From: an uncultured Gemmatimonadales bacterium
Lineage (GTDB): Bacteria; Gemmatimonadota; Gemmatimonadetes; Longimicrobiales; Gaopeijiaceae
DNA length: 64,000 bases
Direction: 5' to 3'
NCBI GenBank assembly: GCA_963809895.1
Contig: CAWELD010000003.1
Location: 3,552,001 to 3,616,000, forward strand
The translations under genes and the position numbers were made by a program. Of this stretch, positions 17,651 to 27,805 are shown piece by piece (the first letter of the stretch is position 1; each line of letters opens with the position of its first letter). The notes beneath the pieces were generated by a model. It searched no databases and had not been told where the DNA came from. It saw only the letters and a program-made list of their open reading frames with translations.

Positions 17651-18715
17651 TCAGCTTCCCTCTGCTCCCGGCGGACGTTCCGGCGGTGGGCCCGGTGCCT
17701 CGGCGCGCCATCCCTCCGGCCACCGTGCCCGGGCGCCCTCCTTGCCCTCCAGCGGGTTGACGTACACGCGCTGGGTGGGATAGGCGAAGTCGATGTCGCT
17801 CTCGGCGGCGAAGGCGTCCAGTACCGCTTCCCAGATGGCCTGGGCCGTTCCGCGGCGCTGACGGGGCCGGCACAGGTAGCGCAGCGTGAGGAGCACCCCG
17901 GAGTCCTGGACCGAGGTGTACACCGTGGGCGTCAGCTTGTGGTAGTAGATGAGCACCTTGCGCGCGGCTCTCCGCATGGAGAGCTCCGCCTCGTCCGTCA
18001 CGTCGGCCGCCTGCTCCGCTGCGATCTCCTCGATGATGCGCTTGGCTTTGCGCCAGTCGCTCTCGAAGGTGACTAGAATCGCAGTTTCATTCCACAGATA
18101 CTCGAACTGCGCCGTGTAGTTGGCCAGGGGCGTGCTGAAGACCAGGGCGTTGGGCACGTGGATGATACGACCGGTGCTCTGATCCGCCGCCACCCAGTTG
18201 CCGATCTCGAGGAGCGTGAACTGGAAGACCCGGATGTCGACCACGTCGCCGGCGTGCTCGCCGATCTGGATACGGTCTCCCAGATCGAAGGGCCGGCGCC
18301 ACATGATGAAGACCCACCCGGCGAGATCGGTGACCGGGTCCTTGAGGGCGATGGCGAGCCCCGCGGTGAGGAGGCCCAGGAACGTGCCCAGGTTGCCGAT
18401 CCCCTCCAGCCAGACCGCGAGGACGAAGACGGCCGCCACCGCGAACGCCGCGTAGGCGGAGCCCTTGGACCAGCGGTAGCGGATGCGCACGTCCTCGATG
18501 CGGCCCTCGATGAACCGGAGGACCAGGCGCCGCGCCACCACCACGGCCACCACCGCGAGGATCGAGAGGACCAGGTTTCGGAGCGTGCCTGGACCCCCGG
18601 GTGTGAGGCCCTCCAACGCGTCGAAGAGGCCGCCGGGACCCCTCACCACGCTGTCGGCGAGGGGGCCGATGGGGGTCTGCGGGATGGTCGCCTGCCACAG
18701 GATGAATGCGATCAT
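17651..18715 (-). CDS. MscS family mechanosensitive channel
   Basis: GLAIALKD, PFDLGDRIQIG..GDV.DI and VPN motifs. Confidence 0.9.
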   Translation of the reverse strand: MIAFILWQATIPQTPIGPLADSVVRGPGGLFDALEGLTPGGPGTLRNLVLSILAVVAVVVARRLVLRFIEGRIEDVRIRYRWSKGSAYAAFAVAAVFVLAVWLEGIGNLGTFLGLLTAGLAIALKDPVTDLAGWVFIMWRRPFDLGDRIQIGEHAGDVVDIRVFQFTLLEIGNWVAADQSTGRIIHVPNALVFSTPLANYTAQFEYLWNETAILVTFESDWRKAKRIIEEIAAEQAADVTDEAELSMRRAARKVLIYYHKLTPTVYTSVQDSGVLLTLRYLCRPRQRRGTAQAIWEAVLDAFAAESDIDFAYPTQRVYVNPLEGKEGARARWPEGWRAEAPGPPPERPPGAEGS

Positions 18716-18781
18716 GACCCAATGTGAGGCTACCGGGGGCCCTGCGACAGGCGGTGGCCAGGCGGGCAGCAGTCGCCCTGG

Positions 18782-19672
18782 CTAGTCGTCCTCGTCCCGG
18801 AGCGCACGGCCCACGATGAGGGTCACGTTGTCCGAGCCGCCTCCGTCCAGGGCGTCCTGCAGGAGATCCCGGCACACCTGCTCGGTCGAGGTCATGTCGA
18901 CGAGACGTTCGCGGATGCGCTCGTCCGAGACGTGCTTGGTGAGGCCGTCGCTGCAGAGGAGATGGACCACGCCCCAGTCCTGGTCGATGCCCGTGACCAC
19001 GGGTGAGCTCTGCTCTCCCCCTATGGAGCTGGAAAGGACGTGAGACCAGGGAAGCTCTCCCCTGCCGGTCCGTGTCAGCACGCCCTGGTCGAGGAGCTCC
19101 TGAGCAATGGTCTGGTCGCGAGACACCTGCGTGAGCTCGCCGTCACGCAGCATGTAGTAGCGGCTGTCTCCCGCCTGGAGCAGATAGGCCCTGGGCCACA
19201 CCCCGATCCACAGGGTGAGGGTGGTGGCCATGTTGCGCCGCTCCGGGTCCAGGCGGCCCCGCTCCACCAGCTCGCCGTGCACCTTGAGGGCCGCCTCCTG
19301 CAGGGCGTTGGAGAAGGCCGATTCGTCGGTGGGGTCCACCGTGTAGTAGGTGTGGAGGCACTCGGCCACGTAGCGCGTGATGTTCTCCACCGCCGTGCGG
19401 CTCGCCTCCTCACCTCGCGGCCCGCCCCCGACGCCGTCCGCCACCATGGCGAGAAAGGCGAGGCGCTCACCCAGGAGCGGACTGGACGGGAGGTCCGGAA
19501 GGCTCGTGAGGTGCACCTCCATGTGCTTGTGGAGGGAGCAGACCAGAAAGTGGTCCTGATTGACCTCGCGCACCTTGCCGACGTGGGTGAGGCCGTAGAC
19601 GTCGATCTGCTGGTCGGTGGGCTTGGCGTCGCTCCCGATGACGACGTCACCCGTGGGCCGCGGGCTGTCCAT
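18782..19672 (-). CDS. PP2C (PPM) Ser/Thr protein phosphatase
   Basis: VR.VNQD, VADGVGG, GDSR.Y, LCSDGL and GGSDNVT motifs. Confidence 0.92.
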   Translation of the reverse strand: MDSPRPTGDVVIGSDAKPTDQQIDVYGLTHVGKVREVNQDHFLVCSLHKHMEVHLTSLPDLPSSPLLGERLAFLAMVADGVGGGPRGEEASRTAVENITRYVAECLHTYYTVDPTDESAFSNALQEAALKVHGELVERGRLDPERRNMATTLTLWIGVWPRAYLLQAGDSRYYMLRDGELTQVSRDQTIAQELLDQGVLTRTGRGELPWSHVLSSSIGGEQSSPVVTGIDQDWGVVHLLCSDGLTKHVSDERIRERLVDMTSTEQVCRDLLQDALDGGGSDNVTLIVGRALRDEDD

Positions 19673-19826
19673 GCGGGGGTCCTCCGGATGCCGCGCTCGG
19701 GGAGAGACGAGGACGAAAGCGTCCGCCTACCCGGCCCACCTTGTCGGTCGCCGCCCGGCTGCGCAACCGTTCCCGACTGCGGGCCCTGAGCGGAGCGCCG
19801 CCCCACGCAGCGCATTCTCGCGCTGG

Positions 19827-19860
19827 TTGCGGCTGATAGCTGATCTGCTATCATCATCGA
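19827..19860 (+). promoter_or_regulatory. Leaderless promoter with operator TGATAGC-N6-GCTATCA
   Basis: TTGCGG (19827-32)-N16-TATCAT (19849-54), ATG 6 nt downstream; inverted repeat at 19834-19853. Confidence 0.6.
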
Positions 19861-20097
19861 ATGGACGTCCTCGACGCCGCCACCCTCCTGCGGACGGCGC
19901 GCCTCCGCGCCGGCCTGACCCAGCGGGCTCTCGCCCGTCGGGCAGGGACGTCGCAGTCCGTGGTGGCACGCATCGAGTCGGGCCACACCGATCCGGGGGT
20001 GGAGACACTGCGGGGGCTCCTCGAGGCCGCCGGCTTCGTTGCCCGGTGCACCCTGCTGCGGGTGGCCTCGCTCGGGAGAGGCGTGGGGTCCGGCTAG
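19861..20097 (+). CDS. Small XRE-family HTH protein
   Basis: ARLRAGLTQRALARRAGTSQSVVARIESG motif. Confidence 0.85.
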   Translation: MDVLDAATLLRTARLRAGLTQRALARRAGTSQSVVARIESGHTDPGVETLRGLLEAAGFVARCTLLRVASLGRGVGSG

Positions 20098-20717
20098 TCC
20101 GTGACGTCCGCCGGCCCGATGTCGAAGCCCAGGATCCCCACGAAGACCCTCCCGGGTCCGTGGACGCCGCGCACCAGGATCTGGCCGATGTCCGCGGACT
20201 TGCTGGGACCCGAGTGGAGCCCCAGCGCCGACGACAGGGGCGCCTCGAGCCCTTCCAGGAACCCCAGCAACGTCGCGTGCACGTGAGCCTCGGGCACCCA
20301 CATCACGTGGCTCGGCGGGAGGAGCTGGCAGCGGCGGCCGTCCCGCGCATCTAGAACGACGGTTCCTGTTTCTGCTACGGCGCCCAGCGCCATGGAGACG
20401 CCCAGGGGGGCGTCCTCGTGGCGAAGCGCGGGAAGCGCAGGGCACAGCGCCGGCGGCAGGGTGGCCCCGCAAACCGCCCCCGTCAGCCCGTTGGCGATGC
20501 CGCCGAGCCAGCTCAGGGCCGCGTCCAGGTCGCCGAGTCGGGCGACCTCGCCACCGGCGGCTCGAAAACGCTCGCTGAAGGCCTCGACCGGCGAACGCGC
20601 GCCGGCGGCGCGGTTCCCGGGCCGCCAGCCGCCGAACACGCCGGGGTGGTCCGCGGGATCCCGGTCCGCCAGCGCGGCCCGGACTCGAGCCAGGACGGCG
20701 TCTCGCGCGTCGCTCAC
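20094..20717 (-). CDS. lutC: Lactate utilization protein C (LUD domain)
   Basis: AETGTVVL and SGPSKSADI...GVHGP motifs; GTGA-coupled to lutB. Confidence 0.88.
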   Translation of the reverse strand: MSDARDAVLARVRAALADRDPADHPGVFGGWRPGNRAAGARSPVEAFSERFRAAGGEVARLGDLDAALSWLGGIANGLTGAVCGATLPPALCPALPALRHEDAPLGVSMALGAVAETGTVVLDARDGRRCQLLPPSHVMWVPEAHVHATLLGFLEGLEAPLSSALGLHSGPSKSADIGQILVRGVHGPGRVFVGILGFDIGPADVTD

Positions 20718-22105
20718 GTCGCCTCCTCGTCTCTGGCGTGAAAGGGCGGAGAGCTGGGTCGAGGCGGCTCGCGCTCCCGCGACCAGCCACCGAGGACCGG
20801 GAGGGCGCGTCCGCCCAGCTTCCACGGGATCCAGCGAAGCAGGCTGCCGGCGGCGCGAAAGAGCGCCGGTCGTTCGGCCAGCGACGCGAAAGTCCGCATG
20901 CCCAGGCCCTCGCTCCCCGGGGTGAGCCCGGCCTCCACGGCCCGTTCGCGCCAATGGATCAGGAGCTCCGGCAGGGGGATGCGCACCGGGCACACGTCGG
21001 CACACGCGCCGCACAGGCTGGACGCGAAGGGGAGCGGCATGGACTCTTCGAGGCCCAGGAGACCCGGCGCGAGCACGGCGCCGATGGGGCCCGAGTAGGC
21101 GAAGCCGTAGGGGTGCCCCCCGGTCTGGCGGAATACGGGGCAGATGTTGAGGCAGGCGCCGCAGCGCACGCAGCGCAGCGCTTCGTGGGCGCGCTCGTCG
21201 GCCAGGAGGGTCGTGCGGCCGTTGTCCACCAGCACCACGTGCACCTCGTCGGGGCCGTCGGGCTCGTCGGCTCGCCGGGGCCCGTGGAGCAGCGACACGT
21301 AGTTGCCGATGGGCTGTCCCGTGGCGGCCTGGGCCGTGAGCTGGAGGAATCCGGCCAGATCTCCGAAGCGCGGCAGCAGCTTCTCGATGCCCACGAAGGC
21401 CACGTGCACCCTGGGCAGAGAGGTGGTGAGGCGGATGTTGCCCTCGTTCTCGATGAGCGCCAGGGTCCCGGTCTCCGCCACCAGGAAGTTGCCGCCGCTG
21501 ATGCCCAGATCGGCGGCCAGGAAATCCTCGCGCAGCGCCTGCCGGGCCGCCGCGGCCAGGACCTCGGGCGCCGCGTCCAGGGGCGTGCCCAGCTCGCGGT
21601 GGAAAAGCTCCCGACAGTCCGCCAGGCTCCGGTGGATGGCCGGCCCGACGATGTGGCTGGGAGGCTCGTCCAGGAGCTGGATGATGTATTCGCCCAGGTC
21701 GGTCTCGCGTACGCGGACGCCCCGGGATTCGAGGAAGGGGTTCACGCCGAGCTCCTCGCTCAGCATGCTCTTGCCCTTCACGCAGCGGGACAGCCCGCGG
21801 CTCTCCACGATCGTGCCCAGGATGCGGAGCGCCTCGCCTGCGTCGCCGGCCCAGTGGACCTCCACGCCGTTGGCCTGAAGCCGCTGCTCGGCCCGTTCCA
21901 GATAGGTGTCGAGTCCGGCCAGGAGGTGCCGCTTCACGTCCCGTGCCCAATCCCGCCACCTGTCGGCGTCGATCTCCCGCCACGCGGCGGAGCGGTGGGC
22001 GTCGAAGGAACGGGTCGCCGCGGTGACGGCGTCGCGCATGGCCGGCTGCTCGCGGATGACCGTTTCCGCTGCCTGCGCGTAGCCTTCAGGGCGCCGGCCG
22101 CTCAC
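20714..22105 (-). CDS. lutB: Lactate utilization protein B (Fe-S)
   Basis: KGKSM..EE, ETDLGEYIIQL, CVRCGACLNICP and SSLCGACADVCP motifs. Confidence 0.93.
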   Translation of the reverse strand: MSGRRPEGYAQAAETVIREQPAMRDAVTAATRSFDAHRSAAWREIDADRWRDWARDVKRHLLAGLDTYLERAEQRLQANGVEVHWAGDAGEALRILGTIVESRGLSRCVKGKSMLSEELGVNPFLESRGVRVRETDLGEYIIQLLDEPPSHIVGPAIHRSLADCRELFHRELGTPLDAAPEVLAAAARQALREDFLAADLGISGGNFLVAETGTLALIENEGNIRLTTSLPRVHVAFVGIEKLLPRFGDLAGFLQLTAQAATGQPIGNYVSLLHGPRRADEPDGPDEVHVVLVDNGRTTLLADERAHEALRCVRCGACLNICPVFRQTGGHPYGFAYSGPIGAVLAPGLLGLEESMPLPFASSLCGACADVCPVRIPLPELLIHWRERAVEAGLTPGSEGLGMRTFASLAERPALFRAAGSLLRWIPWKLGGRALPVLGGWSREREPPRPSSPPFHARDEEAT

Positions 22106-22854
22106 GGCGCCGTCTCCAAGCGCTGGGTGGCGGGAGCGAGCCCCGCCGCTTCGGCCAGGAGCTCCGCGAGGTGCCGGAAGGCCGGCGCTCCACCCGTCCT
22201 CTGCCGCTGCGCCCGTCCCGCGAGCTGCATGAGGCAGCCGCCGTCTGCCGAGGTCACCACGTCGACGGGCGGGAGCGTGCCGAGCTTGCGGTCGGCCATC
22301 CCCGCGGACACGGCCGGGAGCTTCACCGAGAAGAGCCCGCCGAATCCGCAGCACTCCTGGTCGGCCTCCCAGTCCGCGATGCCGGCACCGGCGCTCCTGA
22401 GCAACGTCAGCGGCTGGTCGTGCACGCCCAGCTCCCGGAGGGCGTGGCAGCCGTGGTGATAGGCCACCGTGCGACCGTCGAGGCCCCGGCCGACGGAGGT
22501 CAGACCGAGGACGTCCACGAGGAACTGACTCAGTTCGAAGGTGCGCGCCGCCAGGCCCTCGGCTTCGGCCCCCTCGGCGGCGGGCAGGAGCTCCGGATAG
22601 CCCCGGAGCATGCCGGCGCAGCTCCCCGACGGCAGGACCACGTACTCGGCATCCCGAAAGACCCCCAGCGTGTGCCGGGCCATGCGCACCGCCTCGGTCC
22701 GGTGGCCCGAGTTGTACGCCGGTTGGCCGCAGCAGGTCTGGCCCGAGGGTACGACGACCTCGACGTCCAGATGCCGGAGCAGCCGAACCGCGGCGGAGCA
22801 GGCGTCGGCGAAGAAGCGGTCACCGAGACAGGTGGCGAAGAGAGAGACGCGCAT
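22102..22854 (-). CDS. lutA: Lactate utilization protein A (CCG domains)
   Basis: LFATC, QTCCGQP and CCGFGG.FSVK motifs. Confidence 0.93.
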   Translation of the reverse strand: MRVSLFATCLGDRFFADACSAAVRLLRHLDVEVVVPSGQTCCGQPAYNSGHRTEAVRMARHTLGVFRDAEYVVLPSGSCAGMLRGYPELLPAAEGAEAEGLAARTFELSQFLVDVLGLTSVGRGLDGRTVAYHHGCHALRELGVHDQPLTLLRSAGAGIADWEADQECCGFGGLFSVKLPAVSAGMADRKLGTLPPVDVVTSADGGCLMQLAGRAQRQRTGGAPAFRHLAELLAEAAGLAPATQRLETAP

Positions 22855-22933
22855 GACGTGTAAACATGCGGCATGGCGTGTGCCGCCGCGACCGCTCGCC
22901 GACGAAGGTAGCGGGCGAAGGGGCTGCTCCGGT

Positions 22934-23284
22934 TCAGCCCGTGCCGCCGGCCTCCACTCCCAGGACGCGGGCCACGGCCCCTGCGTGGGCGGTCCAGCGT
23001 GCCACCTCGGCCTCGAGCTCCGCCCGTCCCTGGGGGGTCAGGCGGTAGAAGCGGGCGCGGCGGTTGTTCTCCGACACGCCCCATTCGGCGGCCAGGAGTC
23101 CGTCGCGCTCCAGGCGATGCAGCGCCGGATAGAGGGCGCCCTCCTCCACCTGGAGCACGTCGTCGGAGTCGGCCTGGATTCTCCGGGCGATGGCCAGCCC
23201 GTGGAGCGGGCCTTCGTCCGCGGCCCGCAGCACCAGGAGGTTGAGGGTACCGTAGAGTGAGCCTGAGTCGATGCGAGGCGTCAT
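22934..23284 (-). CDS. PadR regulator, acidobacterial type
   Basis: GTL.LLVL, HG.AI, VEEGALYPALHRLE and WGVSENNRRARFY motifs. Confidence 0.93.
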   Translation of the reverse strand: MTPRIDSGSLYGTLNLLVLRAADEGPLHGLAIARRIQADSDDVLQVEEGALYPALHRLERDGLLAAEWGVSENNRRARFYRLTPQGRAELEAEVARWTAHAGAVARVLGVEAGGTG

Positions 23285-23312
23285 GGGCTTCGGTTGGAGA
23301 CGGGTAGGAGGA

Positions 23313-25973
23313 TCATTCGACGCGCAGTGATTCGGCGGGCTCCACCGACGAGGCGCGCAGCGCGGGGATCGCAGCCGCCACCACGGCGACCCCCAGGAGT
23401 GCCAGGCCCGAGGCTACGTACGCCCGCGGCGCACCGGTGCCCACGCCGAAGAGCAGATCCCCCAGACCCCGGGTGAGTACGCGGGCGAGGAGCAGTCCGG
23501 CCAGCAATCCCACCGCGACCAGGCCGGCGCCCTGACGGATCACCATGCGGCGCACGGATGCCCGATCCGCCCCCAGCGCCAGACGGATGCCGAGCTCCCG
23601 GGTGCGGCGCGCCACGGTGTAGCTCAGCAGCCCGTAGACGCCGAGCCCGGCCAGGATCAGCGCCATGCTGGCGAAGACGCCGAGGGTGAGCGTGGCCAGT
23701 CGTTCACGCTGCGTCGCCCGGGCCAGCGTGGCATCCATGGTGGTGACGTCGTAGAGCGCCAGGCGCGAGTCGTAGGACCAGATCGCCCGCCGCACCGCCG
23801 GCGCCATCTCCAGGGGAGCGCCTCGTGTGCGCACCAGCACCGTGAGGGGGCCGCCGGCCGGGGGCGTCTGGAGGAGGCTCGTGTAGAAGGTCGGCGGCGC
23901 GTCGGCCCGCAGGCCCTGGACGTGCTCGTCGGCCACGATCCCCACGATCTCGCGGAAGCCCGTGCCCCAGAAGCCCAGGTGGGATCCCAGGGCGTCGCCG
24001 TCGGGGAAGTAGCGCTGCGCGGCGGTGGCGTTGAGGACCACCACGCCAGGCTGATCGACTCCTTCATCTGCGCGGGGCAGGCGTCCCTGGAGGAGCTCCA
24101 CGCCGGCCACCCCGAAGTAGCCCGGCGTGACCATGCGCGTGGTCATCTCGCCTTGCTCGGGATCCGGAGGGCGGCCTTCGATGGAGAAGGAATTGGTGAA
24201 TCCGGGGTCCAGGGGATGATTGCTGGCGAGCGCCACCGACTCCACCCCGGGCAGGTCCCCGACCCGGGCCAGGATCTCGCGCTCCAACTCCAGCCGCTCG
24301 TCCAGGTGCGGATAGACGCTGAAGTCCACCGGATAGCGGTCCGTGGGCGGGAAGAAGGTGAGCCGCAGGGTGTGGTCGGTGCGGAAACCGGGATCGACGT
24401 GATTGAGATTGCGGAGCGTCGTACCCAGGAGCACGGCGCCCACCAGGAGCAGCGCGGCGAGCCCGGCCTGCGCCATCACCAGCAAGCGACGCAGAGTGGC
24501 CCCGGAACGGCCGCCGGAGCCGTCGCCCCGCCCCTGGGAAAGAGCCCTCTGGAGATCCAGACGCAGCGCACTGACCGTGGGTGCGATGCCGAAGACCAGG
24601 GCCAATCCCACTACCAGCGTCAGCGCGAAGAACAGGACGCGCGCGTCGAGCCCGGGGGTGCCCAGGACCAGGAGCTGCGGGGGCACCATGACCAGCGTGA
24701 CGCGGAGCGCGACCCATGCCACCCCCACTCCCAGGACGCCGGCGCCTACGGACAGCAGCAGCGTCACCGCCAGGTTCCGGCGCGCCGTGCGCAGGCCCCC
24801 GGCTCCCAGCGCCGTGTGAACCGCCGATTCCCGGGACCGAGCCGTGGCCCGCGCCAGGAGGAGGTTGGTGACGTTCAGGGTGGCGAGGAGGAGGAGCACG
24901 CCGACCGAGCCGAACAGGGCCCACAGCATCCGGCTCACGTCGCCCCGCAGGAAGTCCGTGGCGGGCTCCACGAAGGCGCCCCGATTGGCGTTGGCCGGGA
25001 CCTCCTGCTCCAGGGCGGCGGCGATGCGGGTCATCTCGGAACGGGCCCGCTCCAGGGGAACCCCGTCGCCGAGCCTCCCCACGACGGTGGCGTAGTGGGG
25101 ATTCCTGGTAGCCTGGGCGGCGGTCATGCGAAACGGGGTCCACACATCGGTGCTTCCGCCCATGACCACGTCGGCTCCGGCAGGGAGCACGCCCACGATC
25201 TGCGTGGGATGCCCGTCCAGGGCCACCGTCTCACCCAGGACGTCGGGGCTGGCGTCGAACGCGCTACGCCAGAAGCGGTTCGTCAGGACCGCCACCGGAG
25301 AGCCGCCCCCTTCGGTTTCCTCGGGGGTGATGAAACGTCCCAAGACGGGCTCCACTCCGAGCACCGACGCCAGGTCGTGGTGGGCCGTGACGACGTTGAC
25401 GTGGAGGGGCTCGGCGTTGCCGCGCAGCAGGCTCGCCGAGTACGTGCCCCACATGCTCAGTCCGGCGAAGGAGCGGGACCGGTCGCGGAAGTCGTAGAAG
25501 TCGGCGGTGCCCGCCTGCTCGCGCAGCGTGCCGGTGGCCCGGTCGTTCTGCCACACGTAGACCAGCCGTGACGCGTCCGGATAGGGCAACGGGCGCAGGA
25601 GCACGCCGTCCACCAGGCTGAAGAGCGCCGTGGCGAAGCCGATGCCCAGCCCCAGCGTGAGGATCACCAGGGCGGCCAGCCCCCGGTCTCGCACCAGCTC
25701 GCGCACGGCGAGCCGGATGTCGTGTCGCAACGCCTCCATTCCTCCCCTCCTCGTCTCCCGGCGGGCCGCCTCGCGGCGGACCCGCACACACTGGTCGGCG
25801 ATACGCTCGTGGTTGCCGAAGCGTCGGCGGGCCTCTCGGCGCGCCTCCGGCTCGCTCCATCCCCGCTCCACCAGCTCACGGACCCGGCCTTCCAGATGGA
25901 AGTCCAGCTCCTCGCGAACCTCCCGGTCCAGGGACGTCGCGGAGAAGAGGCGCCGTGGAGGCGGTGCATCCAT
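23313..25973 (-). CDS. ADOP-type duplicated permease with 'permease prefix' N-terminal domain
   Basis: EVREELDFHLE...EARREARRRFG prefix; ELGIRLALGA; duplicated MacB/FtsX architecture. Confidence 0.9.
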   Translation of the reverse strand: MDAPPPRRLFSATSLDREVREELDFHLEGRVRELVERGWSEPEARREARRRFGNHERIADQCVRVRREAARRETRRGGMEALRHDIRLAVRELVRDRGLAALVILTLGLGIGFATALFSLVDGVLLRPLPYPDASRLVYVWQNDRATGTLREQAGTADFYDFRDRSRSFAGLSMWGTYSASLLRGNAEPLHVNVVTAHHDLASVLGVEPVLGRFITPEETEGGGSPVAVLTNRFWRSAFDASPDVLGETVALDGHPTQIVGVLPAGADVVMGGSTDVWTPFRMTAAQATRNPHYATVVGRLGDGVPLERARSEMTRIAAALEQEVPANANRGAFVEPATDFLRGDVSRMLWALFGSVGVLLLLATLNVTNLLLARATARSRESAVHTALGAGGLRTARRNLAVTLLLSVGAGVLGVGVAWVALRVTLVMVPPQLLVLGTPGLDARVLFFALTLVVGLALVFGIAPTVSALRLDLQRALSQGRGDGSGGRSGATLRRLLVMAQAGLAALLLVGAVLLGTTLRNLNHVDPGFRTDHTLRLTFFPPTDRYPVDFSVYPHLDERLELEREILARVGDLPGVESVALASNHPLDPGFTNSFSIEGRPPDPEQGEMTTRMVTPGYFGVAGVELLQGRLPRADEGVDQPGVVVLNATAAQRYFPDGDALGSHLGFWGTGFREIVGIVADEHVQGLRADAPPTFYTSLLQTPPAGGPLTVLVRTRGAPLEMAPAVRRAIWSYDSRLALYDVTTMDATLARATQRERLATLTLGVFASMALILAGLGVYGLLSYTVARRTRELGIRLALGADRASVRRMVIRQGAGLVAVGLLAGLLLARVLTRGLGDLLFGVGTGAPRAYVASGLALLGVAVVAAAIPALRASSVEPAESLRVE

Positions 25974-26021
25974 GGTCGGACACCTGCGCGTGGAACGACG
26001 TGGCGAAGTGGCGAGCGTTCA

Positions 26022-26070
26022 CCCAAGCTGCTTAGGAGAAGCATGCGCGAACTTCCCTAAGCTGTCAAGG
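26022..26070 (-). promoter_or_regulatory. Sigma70-type promoter flanked by two CCTAAG-N3-CTTAGG-like operators
   Basis: TTGACA (26068-63)-N17-CATGCT; sites CCCAAG-CTG-CTTAGG at 26022-36 and CCTAAG-CTG-TCAAGG at 26056-70. Confidence 0.7.
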
Positions 26071-26940
26071 TGAGGGCCCTCGTGAGTGAGGACCCGGGCC
26101 ACTCCCGGGAGAGCTGGCCCACGAGGAAGGGCGTCGAGGTCGGCGCCGGGGAGCCGCCGGCGGGCTCCTCCGTGACGGCGCCGACGGAGATGTCCAGCCC
26201 GGTGGGGACCTGAAGCGCCACCACGGCCTGACCGTCGGCCGGCGTGTCGAAGGTTCCCAGGGAGACCGGGCTGCCCCCCGCGGGAATCCCCCAGAGCTCG
26301 ATAGGTGCGTCCCTCCGGCGCCGGCGGGAGCTGGGCCACGGAGAGGATGACGCGCCCTCGGGAAGGGCTCCAGACCAGGCGGGCGCTGGGCGGCCGGTCG
26401 GTGGACACGAGATGCGCCGCCCGTGAATCGACGCCGAGGGCGACCGCGAGGAGCGAATCCCGCTCCACCAGCGCCGCCGCTTGCGATCGGTGGTGGCTTC
26501 CAGCGAGGCCACCTGATCCCGGAGGCGGGTCACGTCGCCTCGCGCGGTCCACCAGCCCACCAGGCTGATGACCGCGATGGCAGCGGCGATCAGGGTGATC
26601 CATCCCACGGGTCCGTCGCCGGCCGACGGGGTCTGTCGAGCCTCGTCGATGTCGGTGACGCCGGCCTCGGGTTCGCCACCGGGCGCCGCCGTCGGCGAGG
26701 CGTCCGCTGGGTCGGCCGATGCGCTGGTCCGGGCGGCCGCCAGCACGCGGGCCCCGAGCCCGTCGGGCGGGGTCACCGGGGGCACGGCCCGCCCGAGTCG
26801 GCGAGATTCTCACGGTAGGCGTCGAGCTCGACCCGGCAGGAGGGGCAGTCCTGGAGATGGGCCTCGAACTCGCGCGCCTCCGGGGCCTCCAGCGCGCCCA
26901 GGGCGTAGGCCTCGACCCGGTCGTGGATCGTCTCGCTCAT
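26057..26940 (-). pseudogene. RskA-like zinc anti-sigma factor with three frameshifts (about 26797, 26484, 26299)
   Basis: YALGAL...FEAHLQDCPSC (HxxxCxxC), TM segment, LPPAPEGRTY/LW and AVTEEPAGGS..PT lie in alternating frames. Confidence 0.75.
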
Positions 26941-27575
26941 GACTGCTCTCCCGGTCGCAGAGGGGCCAGGCTCTCCCGGAGCTTCATCATTCCCGAACGC
27001 ATCCGCGTCTTCACGGTTCCCAGGGGCGTCTGCAGCCGATCGGCGATCTCCCGCTGTGACAGTCCCCCGAAGTAGGCCAGTTCCAGCGCCTCACGCTGCG
27101 GCGTCGGGAAGCCCGTCCATGGCCTGGCGGACCCGGCCTCGCAGCTCCACCTGCTCTGCGCGACGCTCCGGATCCGGCCCGGGGTTCGAGAGGGGAACGG
27201 CCAGCTCTTCGCCTTCGCGGACGGCGGACCGCTCCAGGCGCGCCGCGCGGCGTTTCCGGGACCGCACCCGGTCCAGCGCCCGGCTGCGGGCGAGCGTCAG
27301 CAGCCAGCAGTCGGCCGATCCCCGCTTCGGGTCGTAGTGCCCGGCGGTGCTCCAGGCCTGCACGAATACGTCCGCGGTCACCTCCTCGGCATCGGCGGCG
27401 TTCCTGACGATGGCCGATACCAGCGAATACACGGGACCCGCGTGCCGGTCGTAGAACTCGGCCAGCGCGGCCTCGTCGCCCGCGGCCATGCGGGCCAGGA
27501 GGCGCGGGTCCTGGGGCGTCGTGGAGGGTTCGAAGCCATGGGCCGGAAAGGGGAGACGGCGACGACGGCGAACAT
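26937..27575 (-). pseudogene. SigK-like ECF sigma factor with two frameshifts (about 27527, 27100)
   Basis: AAGGAGG + ATG 27575; region 2 (AEEV..DVF.QAW) and region 4 (LAYFGGLSQREIADRLQTPLGTVKTR) in different frames; ATGA-coupled to the anti-sigma gene. Confidence 0.8.
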
Positions 27576-27805
27576 GGCCCTCCTTGGGTCGAGCAGCAAC
27601 GGCACGAGCCGGCGAGCAGCGCATCGAGGCTACGTCGCCTGGCCGGCGGCCGGAAGGGCAATCCACCCGGGCCGGCGGCGTCGTGCTTCCCATTGCATGC
27701 GGTACTATCGTGAAGTCCGACTGAGTGTTACGCGAATTGAACGAGCGACGGTGGTGTCCGGTCCGGGCGGAGTTCCGCCCGGCCGGCGCCCCTCGCCAGC
27801 GACCC

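Noticed and set aside
20094..22854. lutABC as a novel system
   Set aside because: Well-characterised lactate utilization operon with standard order and motifs
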